From contig JBBQPO010000073.1 in NCBI GenBank assembly GCA_038217285.1, forward strand, positions 1 to 21,892: a DNA stretch of 21,892 nt. Reading direction: 5' to 3'. This DNA comes from Chthonomonadales bacterium (GTDB taxonomy: Bacteria; Armatimonadota; Chthonomonadetes; Chthonomonadales; Chthonomonadaceae). Of this stretch, positions 1-7,343 are shown piece after piece. Every line of letters starts with the position of its first letter. Positions within the stretch are counted from its first letter, which is position 1. Below the pieces are notes generated by a model. That model was given only the letters and a program-made list of their open reading frames with translations, had not been told where the DNA came from and ran no database searches. The translations under genes and the position numbers were made by a program.

Positions 1-1435
1 CACGGGGATTGAAACGGGTATTGCAGCCGAAGCTGCGGTCCGGCTTCTGCCGGGTCCGAATCGAAGTCAGCCCCTCACGGGGATTGAAACTGGCGCCGGG
101 GGCGAGTTCGGGAGGTTCGGTGCCGGAGTGTTGCAGTCCGAATCGAAGTCAGCCCCTCACGGGGATTGAAACGTTGCCATTATCATCGATAACCAGGATA
201 CTGCCAGCGACGTCCGAATCGAAGTCAGCCCCTCACGGGGATTGAAACCTCAGCAATCTGGCTATCAATGCGGGTGGTCATGTCGTCCGAATCGAAGTCA
301 GCCCCTCACGGGGATTGAAACTACTCGTTAAGGGAATGCTCATTGTGGAGCTAGGTCCGAATCGAAGTCAGCCCCTCACGGGGATTGAAACGCTACGTCA
401 TAGATGCCTACCTCGCGGTCATAATGCCAGGTCCGAATCGAAGTCAGCCCCTCACGGGGATTGAAACGTAGAGACTTGTGACGCACAGAAGCTCTGGCCG
501 TAGAGTCCGAATCGAAGTCAGCCCCTCACGGGGATTGAAACGGGGAACCAGGATGAACATGCCTTCTCCGGCCGTCCGAATCGAAGTCAGCCCCTCACGG
601 GGATTGAAACGACGATATCGGATAGAAACAGGCGAGGGTTGTCGGCCGTCCGAATCGAAGTCAGCCCCTCACGGGGATTGAAACAGCCATCTCGCGCGCT
701 TGCCCTAACTGGGCCCGCAGGCGGAGTCCGAATCGAAGTCAGCCCCTCACGGGGATTGAAACTAGGCATTCCAGGCATTTATCACCGATTCTTCGTGTGT
801 ATCGTCCGAATCGAAGTCAGCCCCTCACGGGGATTGAAACGAGAAGCTGTACATCGTGCAAATTTCCTTCTTCACTGTCCGAATCGAAGTCAGCCCCTCA
901 CGGGGATTGAAACAGATAAAACATATCATTTCCCTGACCTGGCTGTAGGGTCCGAATCGAAGTCAGCCCCTCACGGGGATTGAAACGAACGAGCACCAAC
1001 ACACCCAAGGCACCGCTCCCCAAGTCCGAATCGAAGTCAGCCCCTCACGGGGATTGAAACGTCTGTGCATGACGTATCTCCTTTTCCGACCCGTGCAGTC
1101 CGAATCGAAGTCAGCCCCTCACGGGGATTGAAACATCGTTTGCAAACGGTTCATGGTTTCGCTCCTCTAGGTCCGAATCGAAGTCAGCCCCTCACGGGGA
1201 TTGAAACGTCACCCGTCCCAGGTTAAGATGAGTGATTTGCTCGAGGTCCGAATCGAAGTCAGCCCCTCACGGGGATTGAAACGTAACGGATCCCTTTGCG
1301 GTCCTTGGTTTCGCTGCGGCGAAAGTCCGAATCGAAGTCAGCCCCTCACGGGGATTGAAACGTCACATTGAGCACCATCTCCTGCTCCAATGCGGCCGGT
1401 CCGAATCGAAGTCAGCCCCTCACGGGGATTGTAAA
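1..1435 (+). CRISPR. CRISPR array, 3' (trailer) part; 37-bp repeat GTCCGAATCGAAGTCAGCCCCTCACGGGGATTGAAAC
   Basis: Partial repeat at 1-15. Identical repeats start at 54, 136, 212, 285, 355, 431, 505, 574, 648, 726, 804, 877, 950, 1024, 1098, 1171, 1246 and 1325. The last copy at 1399 ends ATTGTAAA instead of ATTGAAAC. The 19 spacers are unique, 32-45 bp. A CCCC-TCAC-GGGG hairpin is followed by the 8-nt ATTGAAAC handle typical of Cas6-processed repeats. The degenerate 3' copy and the handle indicate + orientation with the leader left of the window. Confidence 0.99.
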
Positions 1436-1505
1436 TTGGATATGAATGTCGAGATTCATGGGATCGACGATGCCTCCTATGTCCCTAGGAACGCAAGAGC
1501 TTCCA

Positions 1506-1534
1506 TTGCGAACCGCGCTACGATCTGATATAAT
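1506..1534 (+). promoter_or_regulatory. Putative sigma70-type promoter for the M48 peptidase gene
   Basis: TTGCGA (1506-1511), 17-bp spacer, TATAAT (1529-1534), with extended -10 TG at 1526-1527. Confidence 0.65.
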
Positions 1535-1671
1535 CTTCTCGGTGTCCCCAACGATTTTAAGGCCGCAAATGAAGCTGTTCCTCTTTTCGTCCAATGGACG
1601 TCAGGCAGGGCAGCATTCGTTCTGCGCGATCTGTTCGGCAGCACTCGACCTGTCGGAGGAGGTTTTTCAAG

Positions 1672-2442
1672 GTGATATTCCCGTCTGTTGCCGTCTGTCG
1701 GCGTCTCGCGATTGGCAGTCGTCCGCGACAGTCTTTTGCGCTGCTGGCCATGCTGTTGCTGGCCGGGTTGAGCGGCTGCCGTACCAAGAGTTTTCTCTCG
1801 ACCCGACAGGAGGTCAATCTGGGGAAGGAGGCTTCCCGGCAGGTCGAGCAGGAGTACCGGGTCGATACGGCTTCGCCCGATGCAGACCGGGTCCGACATG
1901 TGGGGCAGACGCTCCTCGACCACATGGACAAACGCGACGTTCCCTATACCTTCAAAGTGATCGACGGCAAAGAGATAAACGCCTTTTCCCTGCCCGGTGG
2001 CCCGGTCTACGTCTATCGCGGCCTGCTCGACATGATGGGCGATGACGACGATGCCCTCGCCTGTGTGCTGGGCCACGAGTGCGGCCACGTCAACGGTCGC
2101 CATGCGGCCCGACAGATCTCCTCGCAGTACGCCACCAATCTCCTGCTGCTCGCGATCCCCAACCCTACCGCCGCCAACCTTGCCGGCGGCGTCGCCAGCA
2201 TCGCCGGACTCAAATACAGTCGCGACGATGAGTACGAGGCGGACCGGCGCGGCCTGAGTTATGCCCACTTCGCCCACTATGACCCCAATGGCATGCTGCG
2301 TTTCTTCGACAAACTGCAGCGTTTGGAGAAGCGCGAAGGCGGCAATGGCCCGGAATGGCTGCAGAACCATCCCGTGACCAAAGCGCGTATCGAAAAGGCA
2401 AAAATGCTGATCGAGCGCAGCGACTTCCGTTACGGGCAGTAG
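1672..2442 (+). CDS. M48 family zinc metallopeptidase, probable lipoprotein (BepA/YfgC/LoiP-like catalytic domain)
   Basis: INAFSLPGG motif, HECGH (HExxH), YSRDDEYEAD third-ligand motif and a late HP motif. Hydrophobic signal with lipobox LSGC. Start placed at GTG 1672 behind GGAGGAGG (1655-1662); the track ORF begins at 1594. Confidence 0.92.
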   Translation: MIFPSVAVCRRLAIGSRPRQSFALLAMLLLAGLSGCRTKSFLSTRQEVNLGKEASRQVEQEYRVDTASPDADRVRHVGQTLLDHMDKRDVPYTFKVIDGKEINAFSLPGGPVYVYRGLLDMMGDDDDALACVLGHECGHVNGRHAARQISSQYATNLLLLAIPNPTAANLAGGVASIAGLKYSRDDEYEADRRGLSYAHFAHYDPNGMLRFFDKLQRLEKREGGNGPEWLQNHPVTKARIEKAKMLIERSDFRYGQ

Positions 2443-2530
2443 CGGCAGCCCTCGCTCTCCCATTTCAAAGAAAATTGTGTGTTCCCCTATCCTTCGGCGG
2501 CGGTGCAGTCTCTTCTTTACAGGAGGAGTG

Positions 2531-3274
2531 ATGAGAGTGGCAAAGCACACGGGCCGTTACCCGAACATCAGCGATGAGCAACTGGTCCTGAACGCCCTGC
2601 TGGGCGATCTGGAAGCCTTCGACGAACTGGTGACCCGCTACCGGGGCGCCGTCGTCGTGGTCGCGATGCAGGCGCTCAGCTCGCGGGAAGCTGCGGAAGA
2701 TCTGGCCCAGGAGGCGTTTCTGCTGGCGTTCAAGGCGCTGCCTCAACTGCAGGAGCCCGCTCGATTTGGCGCATGGATCTGCTCCATCTCCCGTCATCGG
2801 GCGTGGCGGGTCAGCAGACAGGAGGCGCGCCAGGAGCCGACGGAAGCCAGCAAGCTCGACACGCTGATTCTGCGCCACAGTCCGGCTCTGGCCGCCTGTC
2901 CGGAGGAGACGCTGCTGCGCCGAAATGAGCAGGCGCGACTACGCGATTCGCTGTCGGAGCTGCCGCCGGAGTTTCAGGTCGTGCTGCAGTTGCGCTACTT
3001 CGAGGAGTGGCCCGTGGCCCGCATCGCCGACTTTCTTACGCTCCCTCTTACTACCGTCAAATGGCGGCTGCATCGGGGCAGAACCCTTCTGCGCCGACGC
3101 CTTACCGCCGAGGAGGAGACACCCATTGGGACGCACAGAATCGAACCTGCCGGAGATACGCCGGATCCGCCGCCTGCTGCGCGAGACCGTCAAACTGGCC
3201 GAACATGCCAGTCTGACCGGAAGCCTCGACAAAGGCGGGCGCATAGCCATCCGCCAGTACAATCATATTCGTGA
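2531..3274 (+). CDS. ECF-type sigma-70 family RNA polymerase sigma factor
   Basis: Region 2 (GDLEAFDELVTRY...AEDLAQEAFLLAF...FGAWI) and region 4 (LPPEFQVVLQLRYFEEWPVARIADFL...TVKWRLHRGR). AGGAGG precedes ATG 2531; GTG 2537 is an alternative start. Confidence 0.93.
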   Translation: MRVAKHTGRYPNISDEQLVLNALLGDLEAFDELVTRYRGAVVVVAMQALSSREAAEDLAQEAFLLAFKALPQLQEPARFGAWICSISRHRAWRVSRQEARQEPTEASKLDTLILRHSPALAACPEETLLRRNEQARLRDSLSELPPEFQVVLQLRYFEEWPVARIADFLTLPLTTVKWRLHRGRTLLRRRLTAEEETPIGTHRIEPAGDTPDPPPAARDRQTGRTCQSDRKPRQRRAHSHPPVQSYS

Positions 3275-3926
3275 ACATCTGCAGGAGATCGGGGCCATTC
3301 CTGAAGACCTCTTTCAGAACCTGGACGAAGACGATTCGACTTTCGACGAGCTTGGGATCGTCTGTGGGATGCTGGAAGGCTATCTGGTCGAGGACGAAGA
3401 GATCCTGAACGAAGGCGGCAAAGGCTCTACGAAGGTGCAGGTCGGAATGGTCGGCCTGAAAGAGTTGGAAGACCTCAAGGAGATCGGGAAAGTCATTCGG
3501 GAAAGCCTGCCGGACTTTCTGCGCAAGCACGCCCACGGCGGGCCTCCCGACTCCGTCCGCATTGAAATCGAACGCAGCATGGAGGCCGCCGCAGAGGCCC
3601 GCGAAGAAGCGCGACAGGCGGAACGGGAGGCCCGTCAGGGGGAGCGCGAGGAGCGACAGGCCGAGCGCGAAGCCGAACGCGAGGAACGGCACGCGGCGAG
3701 AGAGGCGGAGCGCGAGGCACGTTACTCAGGCGCAACGGAGCGGACGGAGCTTCACCAACAGAGAAGCCGAGAGGTTGCAGAACTCACCCTCCAGATTCGC
3801 GATATTGGGGAGCGTCTGCGCCGACCGGATCTGGAAAACGGACAGCGTGAGGGGCTGCTTCAGCATCTCGATCACCTGCTGACAACCCTGCAACAGACTG
3901 CAGGCGCACTCCCTCCGGAAGCGTAG
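3126..3926 (+). CDS. Hypothetical soluble alpha-helical protein with E/R/A-rich repeat segment; candidate ECF partner or anti-sigma
   Basis: Frame of track ORF 2925-3926. In-frame TTG at 3126 with AGGAGG at 3111-3116. Protein-like sequence from that point, no transmembrane segment, and a charged run AREEARQAEREARQGEREERQAEREAEREER. Confidence 0.8.
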   Translation: MGRTESNLPEIRRIRRLLRETVKLAEHASLTGSLDKGGRIAIRQYNHIREHLQEIGAIPEDLFQNLDEDDSTFDELGIVCGMLEGYLVEDEEILNEGGKGSTKVQVGMVGLKELEDLKEIGKVIRESLPDFLRKHAHGGPPDSVRIEIERSMEAAAEAREEARQAEREARQGEREERQAEREAEREERHAAREAEREARYSGATERTELHQQRSREVAELTLQIRDIGERLRRPDLENGQREGLLQHLDHLLTTLQQTAGALPPEA

Positions 3927-4036
3927 AGCGTACAATCCGCATCGGTACGACACACAGAACACCCCTCTTCCAATGGATGGACTTACCTTGTTCCGTAGGG
4001 ATGCCCTGGCAAAGAACGACCGCCTCGCACTTTACT

Positions 4037-4230
4037 CCCCGCCCCTCAAGGAGCGGTCTGATGCGGTAAGCCCCCTGAAGGGGGCTGGGTCGGACGTGAG
4101 TAGGGATAATGGCGCAAGGAAACAGGGTGTCAGCCTCCCTTATTGAGGAGATTGGTTCTGCTTTCCGGCCCTCCCAGGCCCATTTATGGGCCTTAACTTC
4201 CCCCACAGGCCGCCCCTTTAGGGCGGCGGC
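4037..4230. repeat. REP/REPIN-like element: two inverted double-hairpin units between convergent genes
   Basis: Left unit 4037-4087 (CCGCCCCTCAAGGAGCGG...AGCCCCC-TGAA-GGGGGCT). Right unit 4175-4230 (AGGCCCA-TTTA-TGGGCCT...GCCGCCCCTTTAGGGCGGCGGC) is an imperfect inverted copy. Confidence 0.65.
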
Positions 4231-4362
4231 TTAAGGGACAAGATAAGCAATGGAGGGACGAGGGGTGTTTCCGTTCAGTTCGACCTGCCGCAGCGACGCC
4301 TGCGTAGCGTGGGCTGCTTTAGAGTGTGTTCAGCAGATCCGCTCAGCCTGTAGGACAATACG

Positions 4363-5043
4363 TCAGCCTTTCCGCCTGGCCTGCCTCAACAACTCCTGGA
4401 TTTCTTTGCTGCGAGACAACGCCGCTATAGCACGAGGCGTCTGCCCAGCCTTGTTCTTAACGTCAGGATTGGCTCCCTTCTCAAGCAGTAACCGGACGGA
4501 TTCGGCCTTTGGAACCAAAACTGCAAAATGAAGGGCGGTCATCCCTCCATAATCCTGTTTGTTCATATCCGCTCCCTTATCGAGGAGCATCTTGATGGTG
4601 CTGGAACACCCAAACTCGGCCGCACGCATCAGCGGCGTCCCCTGCTCGGCGGTACCATTGGGATCGGCTCCGTGGTCTAGCAACGCCTTGATCAAAGCAA
4701 CGTTCTCCTGGTGGAAGCGATGTTTTCCCGGTCCCATCCCATACACGATTTCAGCATTGAGAGCGATCTGCAGCGGTGAGGCAAAATGATCCTCAATCGT
4801 TTTGTCCTGGGCTGCGCCTCCCCGAAGGATCCACCAATAATTTACATTTCTTCGGTGGTCACGGACATTGGGGTCTGCTCCTGCATCGAGGGCCGCGAGC
4901 GCTGCGCTGGTATTGTCTGTTTTGACGGCTGCGATCAGGTCAACCCCGAGTTGGGCGTGATGCACGACCGACCAGGTGGCAACGACAAAGTAGGCCACAA
5001 TAGCCACCGGAATCAGGAAAAACAGACGAGGTTTCCGTTTCAT
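4363..5043 (-). CDS. Ankyrin-repeat protein with N-terminal membrane anchor or signal
   Basis: Repeated ankyrin motifs (GTPLMRAA...LLDKGADMN, GMTALHFAV...LLEKGANPD, GQTP). Basic plus hydrophobic N-terminus. AGGAG upstream. Confidence 0.93.
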   Translation of the reverse strand: MKRKPRLFFLIPVAIVAYFVVATWSVVHHAQLGVDLIAAVKTDNTSAALAALDAGADPNVRDHRRNVNYWWILRGGAAQDKTIEDHFASPLQIALNAEIVYGMGPGKHRFHQENVALIKALLDHGADPNGTAEQGTPLMRAAEFGCSSTIKMLLDKGADMNKQDYGGMTALHFAVLVPKAESVRLLLEKGANPDVKNKAGQTPRAIAALSRSKEIQELLRQARRKG

Positions 5044-5090
5044 AGATGATTCTCCTAAACTGCGGACAAACCAATTTGCTGAACACGCTC

Positions 5091-5951
5091 TTAGAACTGC
5101 GGGATTGGGCCGTCGCCGACCAGCCCTGACTGACCGTCCCAGCGCTCGATGAAAACGCGGCGCAGTTCCAGCTTCTTGAGCGCCACCGCCTGGTCGCCCT
5201 GCAGCGACAGCAGTCGGTTTTTCTCCGCCTCCCTCTGGGCATTGATGATGGTGGTCTTGGCGTCCAGCACGGCCTGCTGCTTCTGAATTTTAAGCTGGGA
5301 TAACTCCGCCCGTGCTCCCTGCTGCTCCGTAATTTTGGCTGTAATCGAGTCCGGCGGATGGATCTCCCGGATCAGGACATCTTCCAGATGCAGCCCCCAC
5401 TCTTCCATGATCGGCTGCAGCTCCGCCTTGACCTCGGGACCGAAGGTCGCGCGATCCTTGGACAGCAGATCGAAGATCGAGTGCCTGCCGCTCACATTGT
5501 TGACGGCAACGACCGTCGCCCAGCGCACGAACTCGTTCTGAATGTAGGTGAGCGGATGCTCGGGATCTTCGTCGGGCATCCCAAAGCGATTGAAGATTGC
5601 GGTCAGCGAGGCCCCGTCGTTGGGAATGCGGTAACTGACGGTGACGTCCACGGGCAGCGGCGCCCCTTCGGAGGTGGTCGCACGGATCGAGTCGTCTTTG
5701 GGCTTATCGCCCTCTTTGGCGTTCCTCACGTAGCTCACCTGCTGGATGTTGGTTGGATAGATCACGAGGGTTTCGTTGTATCCTACCCAGACGAGTTCGG
5801 GCTTCAGCAGATGCTGCGATACGCCTGTAGAGCCGTTGAACTTCACGCCGACACTGCCGGGCGGAATGGTATGGTAGCCGCATCCTGCGGTCAAAGCGAG
5901 CGTGAGCGCCGCCAAAAGCAGCATTCCGACCGTGCGATAACTGATTTTCAT
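5091..5951 (-). CDS. SPFH/band-7 (prohibitin-like) domain protein, probable lipoprotein
   Basis: IPPGSVGVKF, VDVTVSYRI and GLHLEDVLIREI motifs, C-terminal coiled coil, IERWDG end motif. Lipobox-like LTAGC. ATGA overlap with the upstream gene. Confidence 0.9.
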   Translation of the reverse strand: MKISYRTVGMLLLAALTLALTAGCGYHTIPPGSVGVKFNGSTGVSQHLLKPELVWVGYNETLVIYPTNIQQVSYVRNAKEGDKPKDDSIRATTSEGAPLPVDVTVSYRIPNDGASLTAIFNRFGMPDEDPEHPLTYIQNEFVRWATVVAVNNVSGRHSIFDLLSKDRATFGPEVKAELQPIMEEWGLHLEDVLIREIHPPDSITAKITEQQGARAELSQLKIQKQQAVLDAKTTIINAQREAEKNRLLSLQGDQAVALKKLELRRVFIERWDGQSGLVGDGPIPQF

Positions 5952-6841
5952 GGCTGTTTGCCTCCCGTCAGAGCCTGCAACGTCTCGGGGGTGATGACGA
6001 CTGTCTGTCCCGCCCGTGCTTTAATCGGCGGTACGTGCCCGTTCCACTTTTTCATGGCCTCGATATCGGAGTCCAACCTCAGGATCTCCAGGGACTTGGC
6101 CTGAGTCTGGGCCGATTTCAGGCGAGACGATTCGGCGGCGGCTTCGGCCTGCGTGATGGCGATATCCTTGTTGATGATCGCCTTCTCGTTATTGATCTCG
6201 GCGATGCGCAGATCTGTCTCGCTGTTGACCTGATTGGTGATGCGCTGCATGATCTGGTCGTTGGGATACGGAGAGGCGAACTCGGCGCGATCGATGGTGA
6301 GACCCTTGGAGCCTAACTCATCCCTGAGCAGCGTGGTCAGCTTCGCGGAAGCCTCGCTGCGGCCTTTTCCCATCAGCGTGAAGGCATCGTAGTCTTTGCC
6401 GACCACGCTCGCCTGCTGGCGAACCGACGCGCGGATCACCGTCTGCTGGATCTGTTTCAGCGGCTGCGCGCGGTAGTTGTCGAATATTTTCAGCACATCG
6501 TTCGGCTCGACATGGTACCAGACCACGAGATCGAAATCCGTGTTCGCGTTGTCGTTGGTGGTGACCCGAACCGCGTCGGCAGATTTCACCTCCCCTTCAT
6601 CCGGATCGTTCGTGTAGATCGCCGCCTGCTCCATGACGGGATAGGTGTAGAGCGTGTTCATCCACCCGACAAAAACACGGCGCGGGGGATAGACGCGGCG
6701 CTCCAGCCCGCCGTCCGCATGATAGAACACCCCAACGTGCCCTGCCGGAATCCACTGATTGAAGCTGTTCCAGAATCCAAATCCGATCGCCCCTGCCACC
6801 ACGAGCAGGCCGCCGCCGATCAGTATCTTTTTGAGTCTCAT
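5948..6841 (-). CDS. SPFH/band-7 (prohibitin-like) domain protein with N-terminal TM helix
   Basis: IPAGHVGVFY, DFDLVVWYHV and GLTIDRAEF motifs, AEAAAE coiled coil, KKWNGHVP end motif. ATGA overlaps at both ends. Confidence 0.9.
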   Translation of the reverse strand: MRLKKILIGGGLLVVAGAIGFGFWNSFNQWIPAGHVGVFYHADGGLERRVYPPRRVFVGWMNTLYTYPVMEQAAIYTNDPDEGEVKSADAVRVTTNDNANTDFDLVVWYHVEPNDVLKIFDNYRAQPLKQIQQTVIRASVRQQASVVGKDYDAFTLMGKGRSEASAKLTTLLRDELGSKGLTIDRAEFASPYPNDQIMQRITNQVNSETDLRIAEINNEKAIINKDIAITQAEAAAESSRLKSAQTQAKSLEILRLDSDIEAMKKWNGHVPPIKARAGQTVVITPETLQALTGGKQP

Positions 6842-7080
6842 TGCGTCTTATTCTCCTGAACCGTTGTGTCCTCGGGCGGTCCGCCCCCGTACCACTGCGC
6901 GACCTCTGCTGCCGCTTTCTTGCGCTCCTCCGCCTCTTTCGCCTCCTCCAGCTTGCGTTGCGCGTCCAAATCGTTCTCCAACTTCAAGCGTCGCAAAACG
7001 GGTGGGAGGACGATCCAGGCAAAGAGCCCGCCGGCCCCCAGCACAATAAGCGCTATGGTCAGATAAACTTGAACGATCAT
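6838..7080 (-). CDS. Small single-TM protein with charged coiled-coil tail (80 aa)
   Basis: ATG at 7080 preceded by GAGGAG; the track start is TTG 7107. Hydrophobic N-terminus followed by a KLEEAKEAEERKKAAAE helix. Its stop overlaps the SPFH start (ATGA). Confidence 0.82.
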   Translation of the reverse strand: MIVQVYLTIALIVLGAGGLFAWIVLPPVLRRLKLENDLDAQRKLEEAKEAEERKKAAAEVAQWYGGGPPEDTTVQENKTQ

Positions 7081-7200
7081 CGCCTCTCGCTCCTCAATCG
7101 TTTCCAAAATGAATCATGCCGCCGCTCGACCACATGATAGTTAGGGACGTACAAGACAGGTGAACCGCTACCAGGGCGGCACCCACAACATAACAAAGCA

Positions 7201-7243
7201 GGATCTCGAAGCCAATCGCTATGAAACGATGGCTCCGAGACCC
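7201..7243 (-). terminator. Long stem-loop, possible intrinsic terminator or attenuator between the oxidoreductase and the SPFH operon
   Basis: Minus strand GGGTCTCGGAGCCATCG...CGATTGGCTTCGAGATCC pairs over about 17 bp with G-U pairs and one bulge. It is followed by TGCTTTGTT. Confidence 0.5.
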
Positions 7244-7343
7244 TTGGTGATACCCTATTGGTTATATCAGAAATAGCGCCCCCAGGAGAACTCCGAGCGT
7301 CCTCATTTGGCCCTTGATTTCCAGTACTCTTGCCGAACGTCCT

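Noticed and set aside
9..983. ORFs 9-245, 478-681, 587-778 and 639-983
   Set aside because: They are translations of CRISPR repeats and spacers (recurring VRIEVSPSRGLK).
7094..7260. Hydrophobic open frame on the minus strand upstream of the small TM gene
   Set aside because: It has no credible start with an RBS near its 5' end and overlaps the hairpin.
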